Part shown: positions 50,008 to 58,608 of the stretch, in pieces | How the letters are laid out: each line of letters opens with the position of its first letter | Position numbering within the stretch: the first letter of the stretch is position 1 | Assembly: GCA_963703315.1 (NCBI GenBank) | Contig: OY969811.1 | Span: forward strand, 896,001 to 960,000 | Reading direction: 5' to 3' | Origin: an uncultured cyanobacterium | Lineage (GTDB): Bacteria > Cyanobacteriota > Cyanobacteriia > Pseudanabaenales > Pseudanabaenaceae | Length of the DNA: 64,000 nt | Position numbers and translations under genes: made by a program | Notes under the pieces: generated by a model | What the model was told of the DNA's origin: nothing | Seen by the model: only the letters and a program-made list of their open reading frames with translations | Databases searched by the model: none

Positions 50008-51510
50008 TTACGGCATTAAAAAATTAGGAAGGAATGATTTTGCGATATTTCTTACGGTTTGATTGAGCGATCGCGCAATTTGGATGTGAGGCTCATCAGC
50101 TTCAATTGGTAAAATCTGGGTCATGTTACCCTGACTAAATTGTTGAATCACTAAATTAGCTGCCTCTAAGCCAGTTACATAAGCTTTTTCCTGCGACCAT
50201 GAGCCGTGATTAGTAATAACCCAATCGCCACTCATATATAAGTTGGGGAAACTGGTAATGGATCGCAATAGATGCTGATAACTACCAGGGGCGAAATGGG
50301 TTACGGCACGGGGCAGTCGGATTACGCTGCTATCAACAACTTTAGCAGTGGCAAATTCGGTCAAACAAGAAGCGAGATAGTTTTGAACGATCGCTACGAT
50401 TTCTTGGTTATCGAGGGGTAGGAATTGATTCGCATGATAAAAATCGACTTCGATTACTGAGCCAGTTTCATCGGCGTATTCATCATGGAGTGCATTGAGG
50501 TCAAAGAATGTCCAGCCCGTAGTTGCATCAAAACCAAAGCAAGCATTAGATGGACGCGGGATCTTGATTTTGCGATCGAACCATAGGCGTACAGCTAAGA
50601 CATCAACTGCGCCTAAGTTCATCAAGTTCCGAAATTCTGTACGTTTTTGCAAAGCGGCACTATTCGAGACAATCTTTTGCATCCCTGAAATGCCTACCGC
50701 GAAAATTACGGCATCAGCATCAAAGGTTTCTTCGCCACAAATTACGCCTGTAACCTTGCCCCCATCATCCACACGCAGATTACTAACACGGCGATTAGTG
50801 AGGATCTTGCCCCCCAAATTAGTAATGCGATCGCACCAAGGTTTGAATATCTGTTCGCCCACCGTGCCGCGACACCATACCACATCAAAATCTGCCTGAT
50901 GCGCCAAGATGAAGTAATACAACATTCCCAAAGCTGCTGCTGCCGAGCATTGCTCTCCTGGGGCAAAAAGTCCAACTAATAGCATTGGCTCGAAAGATTC
51001 GCGATAGAGCCGTTCCGATACGCCATACTGACGGAATAATTCCCTTGCGGTAATGCCATCGTAGCGTTTCCATGCCTCATGGGAATTGTCAAAATCCACC
51101 ACTGCATACATTAACGGCAATGCCGATAGGCGATCGCTTAAAGGCAATCTCTTAAATTGGGTATAGGCAAATGTCCCAAGGGGTGAAGGTAAACGTGGCA
51201 AGTCTTGAAAAATGGGTGACTCAACTTCTAACCCTGCGGGAGAATATTGTGCCGATCGCGTCCAATTTGTAAAGGGATCAAGCTCTAGCTCTTTAACGAG
51301 GGAAAAAATATTGCGATAGGGATACCAAAAACCATGAATACCTGCTTCGACTGATCGTCCCCCTTCCGTTTTCCAGCCTGCAACTAAGCCTCCTGCTTGC
51401 GCTCCTGCTTCTAGCAAGGTTACGTCATAGCCTTGTTTCGTGAGTTGATAGGTTGCCCCTAGCCCAGCCCAACCTGCACCAACAACAATCACTTTTGGTT
51501 TTTCTGTCAT
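50008..51510 (-). CDS. FAD-dependent oxidoreductase (amine oxidase / carotenoid desaturase-like)
   Basis: GAGWAG dinucleotide motif, EAGIHGFW, WSQEKAYVTGLEAAN. Confidence 0.88.
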   Translation of the reverse strand: MTEKPKVIVVGAGWAGLGATYQLTKQGYDVTLLEAGAQAGGLVAGWKTEGGRSVEAGIHGFWYPYRNIFSLVKELELDPFTNWTRSAQYSPAGLEVESPIFQDLPRLPSPLGTFAYTQFKRLPLSDRLSALPLMYAVVDFDNSHEAWKRYDGITARELFRQYGVSERLYRESFEPMLLVGLFAPGEQCSAAAALGMLYYFILAHQADFDVVWCRGTVGEQIFKPWCDRITNLGGKILTNRRVSNLRVDDGGKVTGVICGEETFDADAVIFAVGISGMQKIVSNSAALQKRTEFRNLMNLGAVDVLAVRLWFDRKIKIPRPSNACFGFDATTGWTFFDLNALHDEYADETGSVIEVDFYHANQFLPLDNQEIVAIVQNYLASCLTEFATAKVVDSSVIRLPRAVTHFAPGSYQHLLRSITSFPNLYMSGDWVITNHGSWSQEKAYVTGLEAANLVIQQFSQGNMTQILPIEADEPHIQIARSLNQTVRNIAKSFLPNFLMP

Positions 51511-51543
51511 TTATTTTTTCTAAGTTGTGTTGCTATTTGTGAT

Positions 51544-51649
51544 TAATACCAATTCACGAAAGTGTGACAACACTTTTGTGAATTAAAAACCAAACCCAGT
51601 CAGGGTTTTCAAAACTAAAAATGGCGTAGCCATTTTTAGTTTTGGTATA
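51544..51649. mobile_element. Family E element (inverted relative to 17387)
   Basis: Reverse complement aligns over ~106 bp with 17387-17492. Confidence 0.8.
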
Positions 51650-51751
51650 AGTAGCTGGGCATAATTAAAAACCAGAGTAAAAACCTGTGGCGCACGCGCA
51701 GCGTGCGCCACAGGTTTTCGGGTTTTATATTTAATTGCGCCCAGCTACTTA
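51648..51751. mobile_element. Family A element with 14-bp perfect ends, sharing a TA with the family E copy
   Basis: TAAGTAGCTGGGC...GCCCAGCTACTTA. Confidence 0.85.
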
Positions 51752-51801
51752 TACATTTGCGATAGACAAGGGGCTTAAGCCCCTTGTTTCTTAATTTCAC
51801 A

Positions 51802-52500
51802 TTAAAGTCTTTTGCTAATTTTAAACCCGTGAGAGTCAGTTCCACAGGTATGTAGTAAGCCATGAATGTCCGCCAGATGCCGAATTTCTTCGGTTTGTCT
51901 CGGACTCGGTTTCCAAGGATCGCTATTGTCATAGCCATAATAGGTTTCAACGCCATCAATTCCCAAGGCGGCGGCGGCAGGGATCAAGTCTTCAGGCGAT
52001 CGCCGATATCTAGCAGGGTGGGCAAGTACCGCTAATCCCCCAGCTAAATGCATCGCCTTAATAACGCTAATTGCCTGATAGTCAAGTCCTGCGGTAGTTT
52101 TGTTTTGCAAATAAGGCTGCATTGCTTTATGTTCGGGATCAAATCCATAGCCGAGAATATGTACTTCCGTAAAAATCAGGCTAGCATTAACCTCAATTCC
52201 TGACCAGATCGTAGGCAGAGAGTGAGGAGCGTTAGATTGACTAAGGGTGCGATCAAGGTATTGTTTGGCAATGTAATAGCCTGTAACCGCATGATGATCG
52301 GTAATTGCCAAATCAGACACACGCATGGCGATCGCCTGCTGAATTAAATCAACAGCCTGCATTTTGCCGTCAGAATGCACCGTATGCAAATGAAAATTCA
52401 GCCTATGTGGACAACTCATGGCATCGACAGACGCAAAAATTTTTCGCAGCTTACTTGTTGCGCTCGACTCTGAAATCAATAGCGGAGTTTGAGTTACCAT
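51802..52500 (-). CDS. PHP-domain phosphoesterase
   Basis: HLHTVHSDG, TDHH, AHP, GTDSHG. Confidence 0.9.
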   Translation of the reverse strand: MVTQTPLLISESSATSKLRKIFASVDAMSCPHRLNFHLHTVHSDGKMQAVDLIQQAIAMRVSDLAITDHHAVTGYYIAKQYLDRTLSQSNAPHSLPTIWSGIEVNASLIFTEVHILGYGFDPEHKAMQPYLQNKTTAGLDYQAISVIKAMHLAGGLAVLAHPARYRRSPEDLIPAAAALGIDGVETYYGYDNSDPWKPSPRQTEEIRHLADIHGLLHTCGTDSHGFKISKRL

Positions 52501-52779
52501 GACACATCTCTACATAAGCAAATCTTTTACAATTCTTAATTTCTTAACCGCAATTTTACCCAATTTTGGGTAGATAGTTTAACTTTCTATTGAGATAGAC
52601 TCTCAGATGTATAGTATGTTTCAGTCCAGAGAAGTACGCTTGAGTCTCCTCGCCCTCGGTGGGGAAACTCAAATCCGTACCCCGCTTGCTTGAAAAGCAC
52701 CATATAGATATCGATACACGAATATAGTTCGCTTATGCGATTGATCAACGGGAAAAGAAATATCTGCACCTAATCGGAT

Positions 52780-53004
52780 TTAGTGCTGCTGTTCATACTG
52801 AGATTGCTCAACCACATTGTGATCAAGGTTCTGCTCAGAAGTCTCGTAATAACTAGACAATAATTCGCGAGTTTCGACTTTTCCTAAATTCGACTCGATT
52901 TCAGCGGTGATTGCAACGCATTCACTGCCAGATACGTCAATCGCGCGTTCAACGATTTTGCCATCTTTCCCGATTAAGTACTCGATCCGTTGATATTGCG
53001 ACAT
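52780..53004 (-). CDS. DUF2997-family protein
   Basis: IEYLIGKDGKIVE...G..C...T..IE..LG. Confidence 0.8.
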   Translation of the reverse strand: MSQYQRIEYLIGKDGKIVERAIDVSGSECVAITAEIESNLGKVETRELLSSYYETSEQNLDHNVVEQSQYEQQH

Positions 53005-53240
53005 GATTTATTAGCTTTTCTCAACAATAACAATTGCTAATATTCTAGCGTTTCTAAATCAAAATGATCAAAATCCTAAAATTAAAGGTGATGCAAAACA
53101 CTAACTTTATCGCTGTAGCTATTTTTTGTAGCTAGGCGCATAAAACCCAAAAAGCTGTGGCGCACGTTGAGCGTACGCCACAGCTTTTGAACAAACTGCT
53201 TAAGAATGACAGCACACCACCAATCTCTTTTTGGTGTTAT

Positions 53241-53294
53241 TTGTTTCCCCGCCTTCGGCGGGGAAACAATCCTCTGTAACTGTGAAACGCTATA
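53241..53294. repeat. Family C element (partial); its end supplies the TAG stop of the adjacent gene
   Basis: TTGTTTCCCCGCC-TTC-GGCGGGGAAACAA...GAAACGCTATA. Confidence 0.8.
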
Positions 53295-53922
53295 TGACTA
53301 GCTGACCGAGCGATTTTAAAATTTGCAACACTGTGTATAAATGGTTTTCTGGTTCTGAAAGGGAGAAAACTCTAGATAGGATATAAGTAGGATTAGGAGA
53401 GGGGTTGAGCTTAATAAACCGAAATTCTCGCCCATTGGTAATCATGCCAAAGGTGTTTTGGTTTGCCAAGTGATTGGGACTAGCGCTCATATAGGTTAGT
53501 GCTTGGGGCAGAGCCATCATCACGTCATATTGGATGCTTTTGGACTCGATCACCACCACCCAGATAGAATTTTGGAGGACTAACACATCAATTTGTCCCC
53601 GCACAGTTTCTGTCCCATCTTGAGATTCCACCTCTACCGATTCTTCGAGGGTGGTATAAAAAGGGGGATCATAAAACCCTGCTAAAGATAGCAATGGCGA
53701 CAAAGTAACCATCTTGACAGTTACTTCTAAAAGAGGGCGTTTGGCTAAATAAACATAATGTTGCTTAGTCCGATCTAAAATCTGTTTTTCAAATTCAGTC
53801 AAAGCAGGTGCTGATTTCAATAATTCTGTAAAAAAATCATCAGTTGTGATTTGTTGGTGCAAACTTAACTTATCTTCGACATCGTATAAACTTAGCCTAG
53901 AGGCTTGAAGAGTTGCAGGCAT
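53290..53922 (-). CDS. Stand-alone HsdR-N-like PD-(D/E)xK nuclease-fold protein
   Basis: GQIDVLVL, VIESK, QALTYM, TNGREFRFIKL. Confidence 0.85.
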   Translation of the reverse strand: MPATLQASRLSLYDVEDKLSLHQQITTDDFFTELLKSAPALTEFEKQILDRTKQHYVYLAKRPLLEVTVKMVTLSPLLSLAGFYDPPFYTTLEESVEVESQDGTETVRGQIDVLVLQNSIWVVVIESKSIQYDVMMALPQALTYMSASPNHLANQNTFGMITNGREFRFIKLNPSPNPTYILSRVFSLSEPENHLYTVLQILKSLGQLVI

Positions 53923-54012
53923 AGTAATTTCTCCTCTTTAGTGTAAAAAGATGTGTCGCGATCGCCTACACGATCATTTTTCAGCAAGACGCTTTTCAGT
54001 ATTTTGATCATA

Positions 54013-55095
54013 TTATCGTTCTAGTTCTAAGACTTTGCTGGCGGATATGCCATCGGTGGCAGTGCCAAAATACCAAAGGGAAGCGGCGGCTTCGGCACGG
54101 GTGACGGGCTTTTGCGGTTGGAGGATTGTCGTAAATCCAAAGCTCCGTCTAATATTCGCCAGATCCCGTAATTGAGCATCGGCAAAAATTGCACCTAAAG
54201 CACTTTCACTAATGCGATCGCTGTCTTTAAAACCCCATGTTTGACCAATGCTTTCCCATGTGGCACTAGGTAAAGGCTGTCTGAGATCGAGGGGGATTTT
54301 CCACTGTACAAGTTCTTCCCGCAATAGAGGATCATTAGGACGAAAGCGATCGCCTGTACCATTGATTAAACCTGCATTCGCTAGTCCTTGAATGATGGCA
54401 AAGTCTGGATGTGTATTCGGAATATCAGGAAAACTAGGCGCATCACTGCGCTGGGCAAGACGAATCTGGCGGCTGGGTTGATTTTTATAAAGGCGATTAT
54501 TGGTTTCTAATAACCATCGTGCATATTCACGGCGGGCAACTAATAGATTGGGTTTAAATTCTTGACCTGTTTTAGGTGTGATTGTCCCTAGTTGGTATAG
54601 GTCTTTAATCCATGATCGTAGAGAGGTCGGAGCAGTCTCAAGATCGCTAAATTCTTTAGATTCTTTAAGTTCTTTAGACTCTTTGGTGGGAGTTGATGGA
54701 TTAGTGAAATTTATATAGAAAAGCGTCTTGAGAGAAATTTTTGTGATTGGTTTGGTGTTTATTGCAGAGATGGATTGTAGGGCGATCGCTGGTATTTGAC
54801 TAGATAGGCGATCGACCTTATCTGGCGCTCCTGTTGGAAGAGAAGGAATAGTTAAATTGGTTGGATTTGGAGTTGGTTTGCTAGTTGTTGTTGGGGTTGC
54901 TGTTGCCGCTAATGTTGGATTTGGCTGCGCTGATGGTTTGGGTATTTCTGTAGAAGGCGATGGACTAGCTGGTGCGATCGCTACTTCTAGAGAGCTACCA
55001 AGATTTGAGCCTTGACAAGCAGTGAGGGAAGAAGCGGCAAGCCCTAGTAACAAAAATTCGGGGATTCTAGCAATTAATCGAGATTTGAACTTCAT
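54013..55095 (-). CDS. S-layer homology domain lipoprotein
   Basis: Lipobox LTAC; SLH motifs FPDI..IQGLANAGLI, FRPNDPL.RE, PVTRAEAAA. Confidence 0.88.
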   Translation of the reverse strand: MKFKSRLIARIPEFLLLGLAASSLTACQGSNLGSSLEVAIAPASPSPSTEIPKPSAQPNPTLAATATPTTTSKPTPNPTNLTIPSLPTGAPDKVDRLSSQIPAIALQSISAINTKPITKISLKTLFYINFTNPSTPTKESKELKESKEFSDLETAPTSLRSWIKDLYQLGTITPKTGQEFKPNLLVARREYARWLLETNNRLYKNQPSRQIRLAQRSDAPSFPDIPNTHPDFAIIQGLANAGLINGTGDRFRPNDPLLREELVQWKIPLDLRQPLPSATWESIGQTWGFKDSDRISESALGAIFADAQLRDLANIRRSFGFTTILQPQKPVTRAEAAASLWYFGTATDGISASKVLELER

Positions 55096-55127
55096 CAAAA
55101 TTCCACATCAATATCATCAGGAAAACG

Positions 55128-56918
55128 CTAGTCGATTTCGACTAAATTAGGAGGCGGCAGTAAGGGAATGATGGCGGGGATGACACAGGCAATTTCGGGA
55201 CGGAAATTAGCATAGCGGCTGCTGCGGATAGCGATCAACTCCGATTGAATATCCTGTGGACTTTCGCCTAAGCAAATTAATAGGTGAGTCGTAAGTTCTA
55301 AACTCGCCTCAAAGGTGGGGTGTACGACTTCTTTTGCCCCCAATTGGTAGAGGGTATCGATATCTGCATCTTTTTCGGCTCTTGCCACAATATCGATTTC
55401 GGGTGAAATAGCGATCGCACGTTGCACGGCTAGTCTCGTAGCGATTGGGTCAGAAATAGCGATTAACATTGATCGCGCATGGTCGATTTCCGCTTTTTCT
55501 AGCACAAAGGGGCTAGAACAGTTGCCGTATAGATAGGGGATATTTTGCGATCGCAGCATTTCCACCTTAGACTCGGCATCTTCAATTACCAGCACGGGAT
55601 AACCTTTAGATTGCAACAAAGATACGATCCCCTGCCCGATCCGCCCATAGCCACAGACCACGACATGATCCTTGAGTTCGGCATTGGTTGAAAGTTCTTG
55701 GGGCATATCCAGCTTATTCATCCATGCTTTGAGAACAGGTACTTTTTCGAGGAGTTGTAAAATCTGCGGTGTTGCTTTGAGTAAAAAGGGTGTAACCATC
55801 AAAGTGACAGCCGTTGTCCCTAAAATCAGCAGATAAACTCGCCGCGAAACTAAGCCTAATTTTTGTCCTTCGCTAGCTAGTACGAAGGAAAATTCTCCAA
55901 TTTGGGCTAAGCCTAAACCCGCAAAAATGGCAACCCGCAAAGGATAGCGGAAAAAGCTGACTAAGGGGACGACAATTAAAAATTTACCGATCATCACGAT
56001 CGCGACTAGACTCAGAATCAATTCCCAGTTTTGGATCAGAAATACAGGATCAATCAACATCCCGATCGCTGCAAAGAATAGGGTCGCAAATACATCGCGC
56101 AGTGGTTCCACGTAGGTGAGGGCTTGATCGGCATATTCCACCTCCGAAATCATTAGACCTGCAACGAATGCGCCCATTTCGATTGACAGTCCTAAATGCT
56201 CAGTTAACAAAGCAATTCCTAGACATAGCACAATTACACTGAGCAAAAATAATTCGCGACTCTCGGTACTCGCTACCCAGCGCAAAAATGGCGGAATTAG
56301 CCAAATCCCTGCGGCGATCGCGGCTCCTGCAAACAGTGCGGTCACCGATAAAGCTTTAATGACTTCAATACCTACAGATTCGGGCTGATCGAGGGCAGGC
56401 AATACCGCCAACATCAAGCCCAAAGCTAAATCCTGAATGATCAACATCCCCAATGTGACTTGTCCCTGTGCTGACTCAGTTTCATTGGTTTCCATCAGGC
56501 TACGGAGTACTACTGCCGTTGACGAGAGCGATAAAATACCACCGAGGAAAATTCCTTGCGTTGGCGTGTCTACCCATCCCACAAATACCGATACACCCGT
56601 AGTTAAGGCGATCGTCAGCAAAATTTGTAATGTGCCACCACCGAGGGCGATCGCTCTTACCTTATTTAATTGCTTCAGTGAAAACTCCACACCGAGGGCA
56701 AATAGCAAAAACGCCACCCCAAACTGAGCAAGGGTTTCCACTTGAATCAATTCTTTGATCAGTCCTAAGCCCGTAGGACCAACCACGATGCCACCAAAGA
56801 TGTAGCCCAATAACACTGGTAATCGTAGCGCCGCCGCCAGTAGTCCACCAAAGGAGGCTGCGGCAAGCACGGTTACTAAGTCAACAATTAACCGAAAATC
56901 TTCTTGCACAGGGATCAA
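55128..56918 (-). CDS. CPA2 cation:proton antiporter with TrkA-N domain
   Basis: SLSSTAVV, QDLA, GAFVAG, QIGEFSFVL, CGYGRIG. Confidence 0.92.
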   Translation of the reverse strand: MIPVQEDFRLIVDLVTVLAAASFGGLLAAALRLPVLLGYIFGGIVVGPTGLGLIKELIQVETLAQFGVAFLLFALGVEFSLKQLNKVRAIALGGGTLQILLTIALTTGVSVFVGWVDTPTQGIFLGGILSLSSTAVVLRSLMETNETESAQGQVTLGMLIIQDLALGLMLAVLPALDQPESVGIEVIKALSVTALFAGAAIAAGIWLIPPFLRWVASTESRELFLLSVIVLCLGIALLTEHLGLSIEMGAFVAGLMISEVEYADQALTYVEPLRDVFATLFFAAIGMLIDPVFLIQNWELILSLVAIVMIGKFLIVVPLVSFFRYPLRVAIFAGLGLAQIGEFSFVLASEGQKLGLVSRRVYLLILGTTAVTLMVTPFLLKATPQILQLLEKVPVLKAWMNKLDMPQELSTNAELKDHVVVCGYGRIGQGIVSLLQSKGYPVLVIEDAESKVEMLRSQNIPYLYGNCSSPFVLEKAEIDHARSMLIAISDPIATRLAVQRAIAISPEIDIVARAEKDADIDTLYQLGAKEVVHPTFEASLELTTHLLICLGESPQDIQSELIAIRSSRYANFRPEIACVIPAIIPLLPPPNLVEID

Positions 56919-57000
56919 CTCAAGAACATTGCCTTATCTACTTTAGCTTGGATTAAGTTGATATTTATTTTCACTGCTGTTGTCTTTCTTTAGATAGTTT

Positions 57001-57151
57001 AGAGTGGCGGCGCAAAGCGCCGCCACTCTTCATAATTTGTAGGATGCGTTAGTGCAACGTAACGCATCCATTAGGTAAAAAAGATGATGGGTTACGCGAT
57101 CGCTAACCCATCCTACATTTAATTCCAACAACCTATAATTCCAACAACCTA
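57001..57151. repeat. Family B core (57001-57029) plus family D REP doublet (57039-57116) with a duplicated 16-bp flank
   Basis: AGAGTGGCGGCGC-AAA-GCGCCGCCACTCT; GTAGGATGCG...CATCCTAC; TAATTCCAACAACCTA twice. Confidence 0.85.
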
Positions 57152-57152
57152 C

Positions 57153-58343
57153 TTATACGGATTTTCTAAACATCTCAATTAAGGGCTTAGTTAACCAATG
57201 ACTGCCAATTTTCCATTGATGTTGCAAGGTTGGCATTCTTAGTAAATAAGCTAGTCGCCGCATCGTATAGGCTGGTAATCCATCAATGCTAAATTTTCCA
57301 AAAATGGAAGCTGTTGCACCGTCAATTCCTAAACTGATAAATTCACCGAGAGGAATATAACTAAAGTTAACTAGAGGCTTGTGGTTGAGGCTTGACCAGA
57401 TATTCCAAGCGCAGTATTGGGATTGCTGAAAGGCAACCTGTGCAGTCGCAGGTAAAAGTTCTCCATTCGCATCAAAGCAACCTGCTAAATCACCGATCGC
57501 AAATACATCAGCATAGCCTTTAACTTGTAAAGTTGGCTCTGTCGCGATCGCCCCTTGACGACGATGCTCAACGGGTAGGTTTTGTAATAGTTTGGAGAAG
57601 GTACTACCCACCGTCCACAACACAATATCCACAGGCAATGTATCGCTACCATCGGCATAGTCAAAGGTAACTTCGCTATCGGTGACTTGGGAGACTCTAG
57701 TATTGAGATCCGTCCAGACTCCACGCTGTGAGAGTGCGAGTTCCGCGATCTTTCGATTGGCATCGGTGGAGTTACCTAAAATTTTGTTATTACGATCAAC
57801 GAGGCGGACTCGACCACGCTCTTTGAGGCGATCGGCAATCTTACAGGCAAGTTCTACACCACTGCTACCACCACCCGCAATACATACTCTAATTTTGTCG
57901 CGATTAGAAGCTTCGAGTAATTCTAATTTGCTATTAAGTCGATAGAAGTCATGGAGATTCCGAAATGGAATGGCATATTCTGATGCTCCTGCCACAAGGT
58001 TCATCGGAGTTTCACCGCCGATCGCTAAAACTAGGCGATCGTAAGCGAGAAAGCTGCGTTGACCAATATTTACTTCTACTTGCTGCGCGGCAAAATCAAT
58101 ATTAGTCACGACACCCTGAACAAACTGAATACCAGTATTGGCAAGTAATTCGGTAAATGTAGGCGCAATTTCCCACTCCTGCATTTCTCCTGTCACTAAC
58201 TCGTAGAGAAATGGCGTAAATAGAAAGCGATCGCTTTTATCAATCAGGATGATTTCAGGCATGACTGTCCAAGGCAGGCGAGACAGATTAAGTGCAGTAT
58301 ATAAACCACCAAAACCACCACCAAGAATACAAATTCGTGTCAT
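57153..58343 (-). CDS. ndbB: Type II NAD(P)H dehydrogenase, NdbB-like
   Basis: ICILGGGFGGLYTAL.LS.LPW, GVELACK.AD, PATAQVAFQQ. Confidence 0.82.
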   Translation of the reverse strand: MTRICILGGGFGGLYTALNLSRLPWTVMPEIILIDKSDRFLFTPFLYELVTGEMQEWEIAPTFTELLANTGIQFVQGVVTNIDFAAQQVEVNIGQRSFLAYDRLVLAIGGETPMNLVAGASEYAIPFRNLHDFYRLNSKLELLEASNRDKIRVCIAGGGSSGVELACKIADRLKERGRVRLVDRNNKILGNSTDANRKIAELALSQRGVWTDLNTRVSQVTDSEVTFDYADGSDTLPVDIVLWTVGSTFSKLLQNLPVEHRRQGAIATEPTLQVKGYADVFAIGDLAGCFDANGELLPATAQVAFQQSQYCAWNIWSSLNHKPLVNFSYIPLGEFISLGIDGATASIFGKFSIDGLPAYTMRRLAYLLRMPTLQHQWKIGSHWLTKPLIEMFRKSV

Positions 58344-58608
58344 CAGCACATCCAGATTGTTGTTTCCGTTTCTATTTTATAGCAATCCTCATTAAAGGAG
58401 CGCGACGCGCTCCTTTAATGCCTATATTTTGAAAGTGCCGCTTTCAAAATATTTTCTGGGTTTTCATTCAACGCAAAGCGCTGTAAAACATGATTACTTC
58501 GTTAACTTTTGGTTAAATTCTGGTTATCTATTTTTACTTGCACTCATAGATTGTCATCCGATAATGTACATATATTACTATTTTTAAAATTGCACAATTG
58601 GGGGCTTT

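Noticed and set aside
51636..51959. 107-aa minus-strand ORF, and similar ORFs at 34394, 36424 and 52587
   Set aside because: These are built from repeat elements or overlap real genes and have no protein motifs.
53290..53922. Type I restriction-modification system
   Set aside because: Only a short stand-alone HsdR-N-like domain is present, with no hsdM, hsdS or helicase.
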